Below the pieces are notes generated by a model. It ran no database searches, had not been told where the DNA came from, and saw only the letters and a program-made list of their open reading frames with translations. Positions 7,367 through 14,468 of a stretch of DNA of 16,170 nucleotides are shown here, piece by piece; position 1 is the first letter of the stretch; each line of letters begins with the position of its first letter. This DNA is from Fidelibacterota bacterium (lineage in GTDB: Bacteria; Fidelibacterota; Marinisomatia; Marinisomatales; JABMOV01). Where the stretch lies: NCBI GenBank assembly GCA_046861395.1, contig JBHHUC010000051.1, positions 1-16,170 on the forward strand. The letters run 5' to 3'. A program made the position numbers and the translations under genes.

Positions 7367-8681
7367 ACGGATCATTCCTTTCCTGATTGTAGTAGCATTG
7401 GGGCAGAATTCCAACCGGATTATCTTACCCGAAGCGGATGTTTCCGTGGCAGATACCCTCCGTCTCCGCTTAGCCGATGAGGCAGAATTCGGAACATCAT
7501 TCATGTTGACCACCATTTCAGGTGACAGTCTGTATTATCAATCCGTAACAATACCGAAGCAAATTGATACATTGGTTTTCTCCGATTCAACGATGAAACC
7601 CAGGGTCCAGGAGAAATTGTTTCAGAGCCTCTATCTCAAGACTTCGCAAGATGCAGCAGAGCAAGTATTATCAGATATTCTCAGACGACATTCCTTTCTC
7701 AAAGACAGCAGTATCATTGCCTTTGGACTGACAAGGGATGGTCGTCTGGCAGCTCGTTTGGATATTGTCCCTCAATTTCTCAATACATTTTCTGGCTTTA
7801 TCAATACCGGCCGGGAGAATGGAAAAATCAAGGTAAATGGTGAATTGACAATTCATCTGGAGAATACCTGGGGAACGGCCAACCGGATATCATTATTCTG
7901 GAAACAGCCTAATTCCACCTCACGATTATTGCACTTCACCTATGATGAACCGTATCCCGTGGGGATTCCCATCGGTCTATCCTTTACCGCGGATCAGGAA
8001 TATCGTGATGAAAATTATATTACGACCAGAACCCGGACAGACGGAATCCTACAGAGCGGAAGGGGATATCAAATTAAAATGGGCTTTTCTCGGGCCCGAA
8101 TGCTAGCAACGGAGCGGGGGAAAGTAGAGGGCATTCGGGGGATGGAAGAGTCGCTCCTGACGTTGGGGTTTTCCTGGTTGAAACAGGATGATCGCTGGCT
8201 GCCGCGGAACGGCATATCTCTGGACGGGGATATCCGAGCTGGAAAACAGAAATCATCAGTAACGGCACGGACAGTTAAACTGGATTTCGGTGCGATGTTT
8301 CATTACCCCCTCTCCGCAAATATTGTTACCAGTTCCTATCTTAGGTATTATTTGCGAGAAACATTCGGAGATAAAGTTCCGCCGAGTGATTATGTCTATT
8401 ACGGAGGAAGTACGACGCTGAGAGGGTACAGTGACGATTTATTCAAGACGACCGACCTACTGCTGTTATCGGCCGAACTAGGCTATCGCAGGTCACATTC
8501 ACGTCTGTATTATTTTACTGATTTCGGTTTCAATGTAGCTAATCCGGACTGGAAATACGGAACGGGTTTTGGCTATCAGCAGGTTTCAAAGTCCGTGTTG
8601 ATCTCCATCAGTTACGGGATAGTAGATTTGCGGGCTCCCGGTGAAGGGAAAGTCCATATTCGGTTGGAAAACCGCTTATAG
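7353..8681 (+). CDS. Omp85 superfamily (BamA/TamA-like) outer-membrane protein with a short periplasmic region
   Basis: GTG start with GGAG at 7343-7346. Signal peptide. Barrel motifs ENTWGTANRISLFW, FTYDEPY, DDRWLPRNG and loop-6 motif YGGSTTLRGY (VRGF/Y equivalent), FTDFG, GTGFG. Confidence 0.85.
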   Translation: MPIFKRIIPFLIVVALGQNSNRIILPEADVSVADTLRLRLADEAEFGTSFMLTTISGDSLYYQSVTIPKQIDTLVFSDSTMKPRVQEKLFQSLYLKTSQDAAEQVLSDILRRHSFLKDSSIIAFGLTRDGRLAARLDIVPQFLNTFSGFINTGRENGKIKVNGELTIHLENTWGTANRISLFWKQPNSTSRLLHFTYDEPYPVGIPIGLSFTADQEYRDENYITTRTRTDGILQSGRGYQIKMGFSRARMLATERGKVEGIRGMEESLLTLGFSWLKQDDRWLPRNGISLDGDIRAGKQKSSVTARTVKLDFGAMFHYPLSANIVTSSYLRYYLRETFGDKVPPSDYVYYGGSTTLRGYSDDLFKTTDLLLLSAELGYRRSHSRLYYFTDFGFNVANPDWKYGTGFGYQQVSKSVLISISYGIVDLRAPGEGKVHIRLENRL

Positions 8682-9851
8682 CTTAACGATTTCCGCCGAT
8701 TCAATGGCTTTTTGAATCAATGAATCGATGGCAAGTTTGCTTTCTTCCCGGGCAAGATCAATGCTGCGTGCCTTGGTAGCCGGATGATCGGGGACAAATA
8801 AGGTACAGCAATCCTGATGAGGTTCAACGGATATATCGAAAGTCCCGATCTGTTTTGCCACCGTTATAATTTCTTGTTTATCAAATCCGATAACCGGACG
8901 CAGGATGGGCAATTCCGATATTTCATTGACGACGGTGATATTTTCAATGGTTTGCGACGCCACCTGTCCTAAGGATTCTCCTGTTATCAGGGCTCTGGCG
9001 TGGCGGTCGATGGCAATGGCATTCGCAATTCGTACCATGAAGCGCCGGTAAAGCAGGACAAGATATTTGGGATCACATTGAGCAAAGATTTCATTTTGAA
9101 TGGGAGCGAACTCAATCAAATAGAGCATGGCCCGAGGTTGGAACTTCGTAAGGACACCTGCCATGCGTTTTACTTTATCGATGGAAGCCGGTGAAACATG
9201 GGGAACGGAATGAAAATGGAGATAAGTTAAAACCATGCCGCGTTTGAGAGCGTAGAAAGCGGCTACAGGAGAATCAATTCCACCGGAAAGCATGACAACG
9301 CCCGGAGCGGAGGACCCGATGGGCAATCCGCCAATGCCAGGTATTTTATTGAGATAGATAAATACCTGAGACCTGACAAAGTCAATGTGAATATTCAAAT
9401 CCGGAGTGGTGAGATTAACCGGCCAGCCGAAGGTTTCGTTTATACGAGCCCCTATAACATTATGAAGATGCTGTTTGGAATGGGGAAAGGGAGAATATGT
9501 TTTCCGGGCGGTAATCCGGAATGAGCTGGGTTTCAATGATTGCACCAGGTTGATGACATCATCGGTAATGCCATTCAAATCAGGTTCGGTTGTCATAGCC
9601 GGTGCGAAATAGGCGATCCCCGGCACATTCTTCAGGACAGATGTCAGGGCAACGGCATAATCGGGCTGTTCCTGAGATACGGTCAATAATAAACGACCTT
9701 GCAGTCGTTCTATTTTTTCCAGGGCACCGGGACAGAAAGTCCGTGCCTGGAGTTTAATATTGTCTTTTAATTTTCGTTCGAAATAGGCACGATTTTGACC
9801 TTTGAGACCAATTTCTGCGTAATGAACGAGGATATGCGTTATTTTTTCCAT
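8676..9851 (-). CDS. thiI: tRNA 4-thiouridine(8) synthase ThiI, short form (THUMP + PP-loop, no rhodanese domain)
   Basis: HYAEIGLKGQNR, GIGGLPIGS, PP-loop MLSGGIDSPVA, TGESLGQVASQT, LPILRP, DKQEI, QDCC. Start placed at the ATG at 9851 (MEKITHILVHY) because ThiI homology begins there; 391 aa. Confidence 0.95.
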   Translation of the reverse strand: MEKITHILVHYAEIGLKGQNRAYFERKLKDNIKLQARTFCPGALEKIERLQGRLLLTVSQEQPDYAVALTSVLKNVPGIAYFAPAMTTEPDLNGITDDVINLVQSLKPSSFRITARKTYSPFPHSKQHLHNVIGARINETFGWPVNLTTPDLNIHIDFVRSQVFIYLNKIPGIGGLPIGSSAPGVVMLSGGIDSPVAAFYALKRGMVLTYLHFHSVPHVSPASIDKVKRMAGVLTKFQPRAMLYLIEFAPIQNEIFAQCDPKYLVLLYRRFMVRIANAIAIDRHARALITGESLGQVASQTIENITVVNEISELPILRPVIGFDKQEIITVAKQIGTFDISVEPHQDCCTLFVPDHPATKARSIDLAREESKLAIDSLIQKAIESAEIVKL

Positions 9852-9903
9852 GTGATTTGGGCGCGAATTTACGATAATCCGGCCCTTGCAATGGGAATCC
9901 CTC

Positions 9904-9922
9904 ATGTTACTAATAGAAACAT
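9904..9922. promoter_or_regulatory. Imperfect 19-bp dyad ATGTTACTAATAGAAACAT abutting the uvrC start; candidate operator
   Basis: 8 of 9 symmetric positions pair. It lies in the 71-bp divergent thiI/uvrC gap. Function is inferred only. Confidence 0.3.
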
Positions 9923-11791
9923 ATGATCATCGATAAGAAAAAAGAATTTTTAAGACATATTCCCGGTCGGCCCGGGATTTACCAGTTTTTCGATGAAAAC
10001 GGCACCATTCTCTATATCGGAAAGGCGAAAAATCTGAAGAACAGAGTCCGTTCCTATTTTCAGAAAAACAAGTATCAGACACCAAAGAATCTGTCGCTCA
10101 TCCGCCGGATACATGCTCTGGAATGGATCGTGGTCGGTAGTGAGGTAGAGGCCTTACTGACAGAAGCCAATCTGATTCGCAAACATAAACCGAAATATAA
10201 TATCAGTCTCAAAGATGATAAATCTTTTCCGTTTATCCGCATAACCCGGGAGCCATACCCGAAGGTGTTTCTGACCCGGACAATCATACGTGACGGCTCA
10301 AAATATTTTGGCCCCTATACCAACGTATTCATTTTACGACAGACACTGAAGGCACTGCATAAGGTATTTCCCATACGCAGTTGCAGTTATCGTATTGACG
10401 AAGAATCGATTGCCGCTGGAAAGACCAGAATCTGTCTTGACTATCACATAAAAAAGTGTGATGGTCCGTGTGAAGGATTGATTTCTGAAAAAGACTATCA
10501 AGCCATGATAAAACGTGTATCTCTGTTTTTACAGGGCCAAACTGGCACTACGGAAGAATATTTGAAGGAATTAATGCTGAAAGCAAGCCAGGATCAACGT
10601 TTCGAGGATGCGGCCATCCTGCGGGACCAGCTACAGGCCATTCGCAGTTTTACCGAACGGCAAAGCAAGGTTCAGGCCAATTTTGAGGATCGGGATGTTT
10701 TTGCCTTGGCTCAAGAAGAAACGATTGGGATCATGGCCGTGGTTCGCATCCGGCAGGGACGAATCTTCAGCCGGGAACAAATATCACTGGAAGGATTGGA
10801 TGAAGACCAGACGGTTACATTAAAAACGGTCATGCTTCAATTTTATTACGAAACAGATTTTGTTCCTGCTACGATTCTGGTTCCCGAAGAACCGGAGGAT
10901 CGTGATGCAATTCAAAAATTTCTCCGGGCCAAGCGGGGCGGAGCCGTGAATATTCACCGGCCGCAACGGGGCGAAAAAGCCCGTGAAATCCGAATCGCCG
11001 AACAGAATGCAAAACTGTTACTGGGTGAATGGTTGTTAAACCGGAAGAAACGCCGTGACCTCATCACCGGGGCGGTAAAACAATTACAGGATGATCTCCA
11101 GCTGGAAGTCCCTCCCCGGCGGATTGAAGCATTTGATATTTCGCATTTGGGTGGCACTGACACGGTGGCTTCACTGGTGTGTTTTATTGATGGAAAACCA
11201 CGAAAAAGTGAATACCGGAAATTTAATATTAAATCCGTGAAGGGGATTGATGACTATGCGTCCATCCGGGAGGCGGTTTACCGGCGTTATAAAAGGGTTC
11301 AGGAGGAAGGAGCACCATTCCCCGATCTAGTATTAATCGACGGGGGAAAGGGTCAACTCTCCATGGCCGTGTCGGCCTTGAGATCATTAGGACTTGATTA
11401 TATCGCCACCATCGGACTGGCCAAGCGTCTGGAAGAAGTTTTTCTGCCGGGACACAGTGCGCCCCAATCCATATCGCGCCGCTCGGCGGGACTTAGGCTC
11501 CTGCAACAGGTTCGCGATGAAGCCCATCGGTTTGCCGTTACCTTCCAGCGTGATAAACGATCCCGGACCATGACCCGCTCGGTGTTCAGCTCTTTGCCGG
11601 GAATGGGACCGGCCCGGTTGAAGACGCTTTTCACCCATTTCAACACCGTGGCTGAAATTGCCGCTTCATCGGTTGATATCATCCGGGATAAAACACGATT
11701 CCCCAACGCTCTTTGTATTGCCATCTGGCAAACGGCGTCGGAAGTTGAAAGGTATAAGGAGGAATCAAAACCGGCGGACCACATAGAATAA
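9923..11791 (+). CDS. uvrC: Excinuclease ABC subunit C
   Basis: GIY-YIG domain (PGIYQF...LYIGKAKNLKNRVRSYF), Cys-rich segment, UVR domain (FEDAAILRDQ), RNase H-like domain (IEAFDISH, PDLVLIDGGKGQL, RDEAHRFA), HhH LPGMGP; 622 aa. Confidence 0.98.
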   Translation: MIIDKKKEFLRHIPGRPGIYQFFDENGTILYIGKAKNLKNRVRSYFQKNKYQTPKNLSLIRRIHALEWIVVGSEVEALLTEANLIRKHKPKYNISLKDDKSFPFIRITREPYPKVFLTRTIIRDGSKYFGPYTNVFILRQTLKALHKVFPIRSCSYRIDEESIAAGKTRICLDYHIKKCDGPCEGLISEKDYQAMIKRVSLFLQGQTGTTEEYLKELMLKASQDQRFEDAAILRDQLQAIRSFTERQSKVQANFEDRDVFALAQEETIGIMAVVRIRQGRIFSREQISLEGLDEDQTVTLKTVMLQFYYETDFVPATILVPEEPEDRDAIQKFLRAKRGGAVNIHRPQRGEKAREIRIAEQNAKLLLGEWLLNRKKRRDLITGAVKQLQDDLQLEVPPRRIEAFDISHLGGTDTVASLVCFIDGKPRKSEYRKFNIKSVKGIDDYASIREAVYRRYKRVQEEGAPFPDLVLIDGGKGQLSMAVSALRSLGLDYIATIGLAKRLEEVFLPGHSAPQSISRRSAGLRLLQQVRDEAHRFAVTFQRDKRSRTMTRSVFSSLPGMGPARLKTLFTHFNTVAEIAASSVDIIRDKTRFPNALCIAIWQTASEVERYKEESKPADHIE

Positions 11792-11819
11792 CATCCAGCT
11801 GAACGAAGCGAAATCAACC

Positions 11820-11849
11820 TTGTAGAAGGAAAAAGTAAAGCTGTAATCT
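11820..11849 (+). promoter_or_regulatory. Putative sigma70-type promoter for tRNA-Arg
   Basis: TTGTAG (11820-11825), 18 nt, TAATCT (11844-11849), followed by a GC-rich discriminator-like CGCCG; 13 nt upstream of the tRNA. Confidence 0.5.
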
Positions 11850-11862
11850 TCGCCGTCTTTTT

Positions 11863-11934
11863 GGGCTCGTAGTTCAATGGATAGAATAGAGGATTCCTAA
11901 TCCTTTGATGCAGGTTCGATTCCTGCCGAGCCTA
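11863..11934 (+). tRNA. tRNA-Arg(CCT)
   Basis: Cloverleaf read by eye: acceptor GGGCTCG/CGAGCCT, D arm GTTC-AATGGATA-GAAT with the Arg identity base A20, anticodon stem GAGGA/TCCTT with loop TTCCTAA (CCT at 11896-11898), T arm GCAGG-TTCGATT-CCTGC, discriminator A. CCA is not encoded. Confidence 0.96.
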
Positions 11935-11955
11935 CACTTAACGATTGGAGATATG

Positions 11956-12633
11956 ATGTTAAAACCGAAACGCAAGATTGCCAGACAGGAAATCAAGAAA
12001 GATCCATTATTGGAATCAATTGCCAATATACAATCTCACTGGAATACACATAAGAATACCTATTATCGCTATGGTACCATCCTGGTGATTGGAATTGTCG
12101 CCATAATCTTTTTCGTAAATCGCACGACAACGAAACGGGTGGAAGCGGATGCCTTGTTCGGCCGGGCCGTCCTGGCCTGGGATTCCCATGATTATGAAAA
12201 TGCCGAATTCCAGTTTGAACTACTGGTGGATGAATACGGCAACACGCCGCGGGGAATAACCGGGTATTACTACCTCGGATTGCTGCGGAAGGATAACGAA
12301 GACCCGCAAGCAGCGATCGATGCCTTTGAAGCCTTTGTCAAGGATCGCAAACAGTTCAATTTATTGCTGGGGAATGCCCATCATGAATTGGCCCGACTCT
12401 ACCTAAAGGTCAACGATAATGCCATGGCGGAAAAGCATTTAACGGAAGCTATTGAATTGACGGAAGACCCCGAATTGAAGCATATATATCAGCTGGATTT
12501 ATCGGAATTGCTATATGCGCAGAATAGGTCGGAAGAAGCCCGGCGCTACCTCGATATCGTTTTGGAAGACCCGGAGATAGACAAGGGGATTGAATCCCGG
12601 GCACAGGAACTGGCGGGAAAGTTTTCCGGTTAA
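11956..12633 (+). CDS. Membrane-anchored tetratricopeptide-repeat protein (YfgM-like architecture)
   Basis: GGAG at 11947-11950 precedes ATGs at 11953 and 11956. Basic N-terminus, one TM helix (YGTILVIGIVAIIFFV), TPR helices (YYYLGLL..AIDAFE, AHHELARLY..AEKHLTEAI). Confidence 0.82.
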   Translation: MLKPKRKIARQEIKKDPLLESIANIQSHWNTHKNTYYRYGTILVIGIVAIIFFVNRTTTKRVEADALFGRAVLAWDSHDYENAEFQFELLVDEYGNTPRGITGYYYLGLLRKDNEDPQAAIDAFEAFVKDRKQFNLLLGNAHHELARLYLKVNDNAMAEKHLTEAIELTEDPELKHIYQLDLSELLYAQNRSEEARRYLDIVLEDPEIDKGIESRAQELAGKFSG

Positions 12634-12647
12634 TGGCAGCATTGGTA

Positions 12648-12676
12648 TTGTAAATTTAAATAAAAACAACTAATTT
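12648..12676 (+). promoter_or_regulatory. Putative sigma70-type promoter of rimP-nusA-infB
   Basis: TTGTAA (12648-12653), 17-nt AT-rich spacer, TAATTT (12671-12676). Confidence 0.55.
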
Positions 12677-12683
12677 TTAGGCT

Positions 12684-12710
12684 GAAAAGTGGGTGCGAAA
12701 CCCACTTTTC
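12684..12710 (+). promoter_or_regulatory. rimP leader hairpin (terminator/attenuator-like)
   Basis: Perfect 11-bp stem GAAAAGTGGGT-GCGAA-ACCCACTTTTC followed by GTTTC. It matches the AGTGGG...CCCACTTTT element widely found upstream of rimP. Confidence 0.8.
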
Positions 12711-12721
12711 GTTTCTATACA

Positions 12722-13156
12722 ATGATGGAACGAATAAAAAAAGAGTTTCAGGCCATTATCGGTAATGAATTTGTCCTCTTGGAGGTCAAAGAGGATTCCC
12801 ATGCCCAAATGGTAAAACTCATTATCGATAGTGAGAACGGTGTATCCCTGAATGATACGACGCGGATATCGCGTAGAATCAATGAATCGGAAGTCATTCC
12901 GAAATATTATTCCGACCAATATGGACTGGAGGTATCATCACCGGGGATTACAGCGCCTCTGGTGCTGCCTTTCCAGTATCAAAAGAATATTGGACGAAAA
13001 TTATTCGTTAAATTTTCCCGGGAAGGGCAGACGAAGACCCTGGAAGGGGTTTTGCAGGCTGTCGATGAAGATGGGATTACCATCAATGGTAAAAAACGGG
13101 TGACCATTTCCTTTCCGGATATTGAAGTGGCAAAAGTAATCATATCATTGAAATAA
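12722..13156 (+). CDS. rimP: Ribosome maturation factor RimP
   Basis: IIDSENGVSLNDT..ISR, YGLEVSSPGI..PL, YQKNIGRKL. Directly upstream of nusA. Start moved to ATG 12722 (or 12725) because the GTG at 12689 lies inside the leader hairpin. Confidence 0.93.
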   Translation: MMERIKKEFQAIIGNEFVLLEVKEDSHAQMVKLIIDSENGVSLNDTTRISRRINESEVIPKYYSDQYGLEVSSPGITAPLVLPFQYQKNIGRKLFVKFSREGQTKTLEGVLQAVDEDGITINGKKRVTISFPDIEVAKVIISLK

Positions 13157-13169
13157 AGTTGGAGCAACC

Positions 13170-14453
13170 TTGATTAATAGAGAACTCATTGACGTATTTT
13201 CAGAAATTGCGCGGGAAAAGAATGTTGATCGTTCAGAGCTTGGTGCTATCATCGAGCAATTATTTCTCTATATCATCGAAAAACAGCGGGGCGATTCGTC
13301 CAATTGCAGTGTGATTGTCAACCTTGACAAGGGCGAAATTGAAATCTATGTTGAGAAAACCATTGTCGAAACGGTTGAGGATCCGAATACTGAAATTACC
13401 ATGGCGGACGTATTGAAAAAGGATCCGACTCTGACCGATATGGAAATCGGTGATTCCTATATCGAAGTTGTTGATCCCCGTGTTTTCGGCCGCCGAATTA
13501 TTACGCATGCCAAGCAATTCTTTGCCCAGCGGCTGCGGGATGTGGAACGGAAATATATTTATGATGATTATGCGCAACGGGTGGGTGAGATTGTGATTGG
13601 CACCGTGCATCAGGTCCAGCGGGATAATGTTTTTGTCAATATTGAGCACGCAGAATTGCGACTACCACGAAAAGAGCAGATTCCCACGGAACGCTACCGC
13701 CGCGGTGACACCATCAGGGCGATCATCAAATCCGTGGAAATTACTGCCAAAGGACCCGATATCGTGATTTCACGCAGTGATAATCATTTTTTATTTAAAC
13801 TGTTTGAAATGGAGGTCCCGGAGATTGAAGACGGTATCATTGAAATCCGGAATATCGCACGTCATCCCGGTGAACGGGCTAAAATAATCGTCTATTCCAA
13901 TGATCGTCGCATCGATCCGGTGGGAGCTTGTGTGGGAATGCGTGGCAGTCGTATCCAGGGTGTTGTGCGGGAGTTGGATAATGAAAAAATCGATATTGTT
14001 AACTGGAGCGAACAGCCGGAGATTCTCATTTCACGGGCTCTGTCGCCAGCCAAGCCGGAGAACCTGTATATCGATGATGAAAAGAAATATTGTATTGCCG
14101 TTTTCCGTGATGAAGAGCTGGAAACGGCCATTGGTAAGGGCGGTATGAATGTAAACCTGGCTTCACGGGTAACGGGATATCGCATCGATGCCTACAGTAT
14201 TGATGAATATGAAAAAAGAAATCAGGAATATCAGTCCACTCTGGACACAGTGGACGGAATTCCAGAAAATATCGCTGTCGGATTGGCGGAAATTGGGATT
14301 ACGACTGTTTCGGATGTATTAGCGGCCGACGAAGATAAGCTTCTCTCGGCAGAAGGTATGGATGATACTCAAATTGAACAATTGTATACAGCGATTCAGG
14401 CCTTCGTAGAATCAGCGGACCGGAAAGAAGCGGCCGAAATTGAACAAGATTAG
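13170..14453 (+). CDS. nusA: Transcription termination/antitermination factor NusA
   Basis: TTG start with GGAG at 13161-13164. NTD, S1 (GEIVIGTV), KH1 (ARHPGERAKI..DPVGACVGMRGSRI), KH2 (AIGKGGMNVNLASRVTGYRID), one acidic HhH-like C-terminal domain. Confidence 0.98.
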   Translation: MINRELIDVFSEIAREKNVDRSELGAIIEQLFLYIIEKQRGDSSNCSVIVNLDKGEIEIYVEKTIVETVEDPNTEITMADVLKKDPTLTDMEIGDSYIEVVDPRVFGRRIITHAKQFFAQRLRDVERKYIYDDYAQRVGEIVIGTVHQVQRDNVFVNIEHAELRLPRKEQIPTERYRRGDTIRAIIKSVEITAKGPDIVISRSDNHFLFKLFEMEVPEIEDGIIEIRNIARHPGERAKIIVYSNDRRIDPVGACVGMRGSRIQGVVRELDNEKIDIVNWSEQPEILISRALSPAKPENLYIDDEKKYCIAVFRDEELETAIGKGGMNVNLASRVTGYRIDAYSIDEYEKRNQEYQSTLDTVDGIPENIAVGLAEIGITTVSDVLAADEDKLLSAEGMDDTQIEQLYTAIQAFVESADRKEAAEIEQD

Positions 14454-14468
14454 AATGGGATCATAACT

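Noticed and set aside
7353..8681. Calling the Omp85 gene bamA or tamA
   Set aside because: Too short for their POTRA arrays, and no skp/lpxD or tamB context, so it is left at family level.
9852..9905. 18-aa N-terminal extension of thiI
   Set aside because: No ThiI-like sequence, and it would consume nearly all of the divergent promoter gap.
11398..11877. 159-aa antisense ORF over the uvrC 3' end and tRNA 5' end
   Set aside because: Shadow of uvrC with no recognisable motifs, and it overlaps the tRNA.
11905..11952. N-terminal extension of the TPR ORF in the ORF track
   Set aside because: It overlaps the tRNA T arm and acceptor stem. The SD at 11947-11950 supports a start at 11953/11956.
11863..12700. 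tRNA as the integration site of an island or prophage
   Set aside because: No integrase, no duplicated tRNA 3' end seen, and the flanks are core genes.
12689..12721. GTG start for rimP
   Set aside because: It lies inside the leader hairpin and only a few nt after the predicted TSS. ATG 12722/12725 gives a normal-length RimP.
56..14185. Other short nested or antisense ORFs (60-160 aa) in the track
   Set aside because: All lie within well-supported genes and show no motifs or independent RBS/promoter support.
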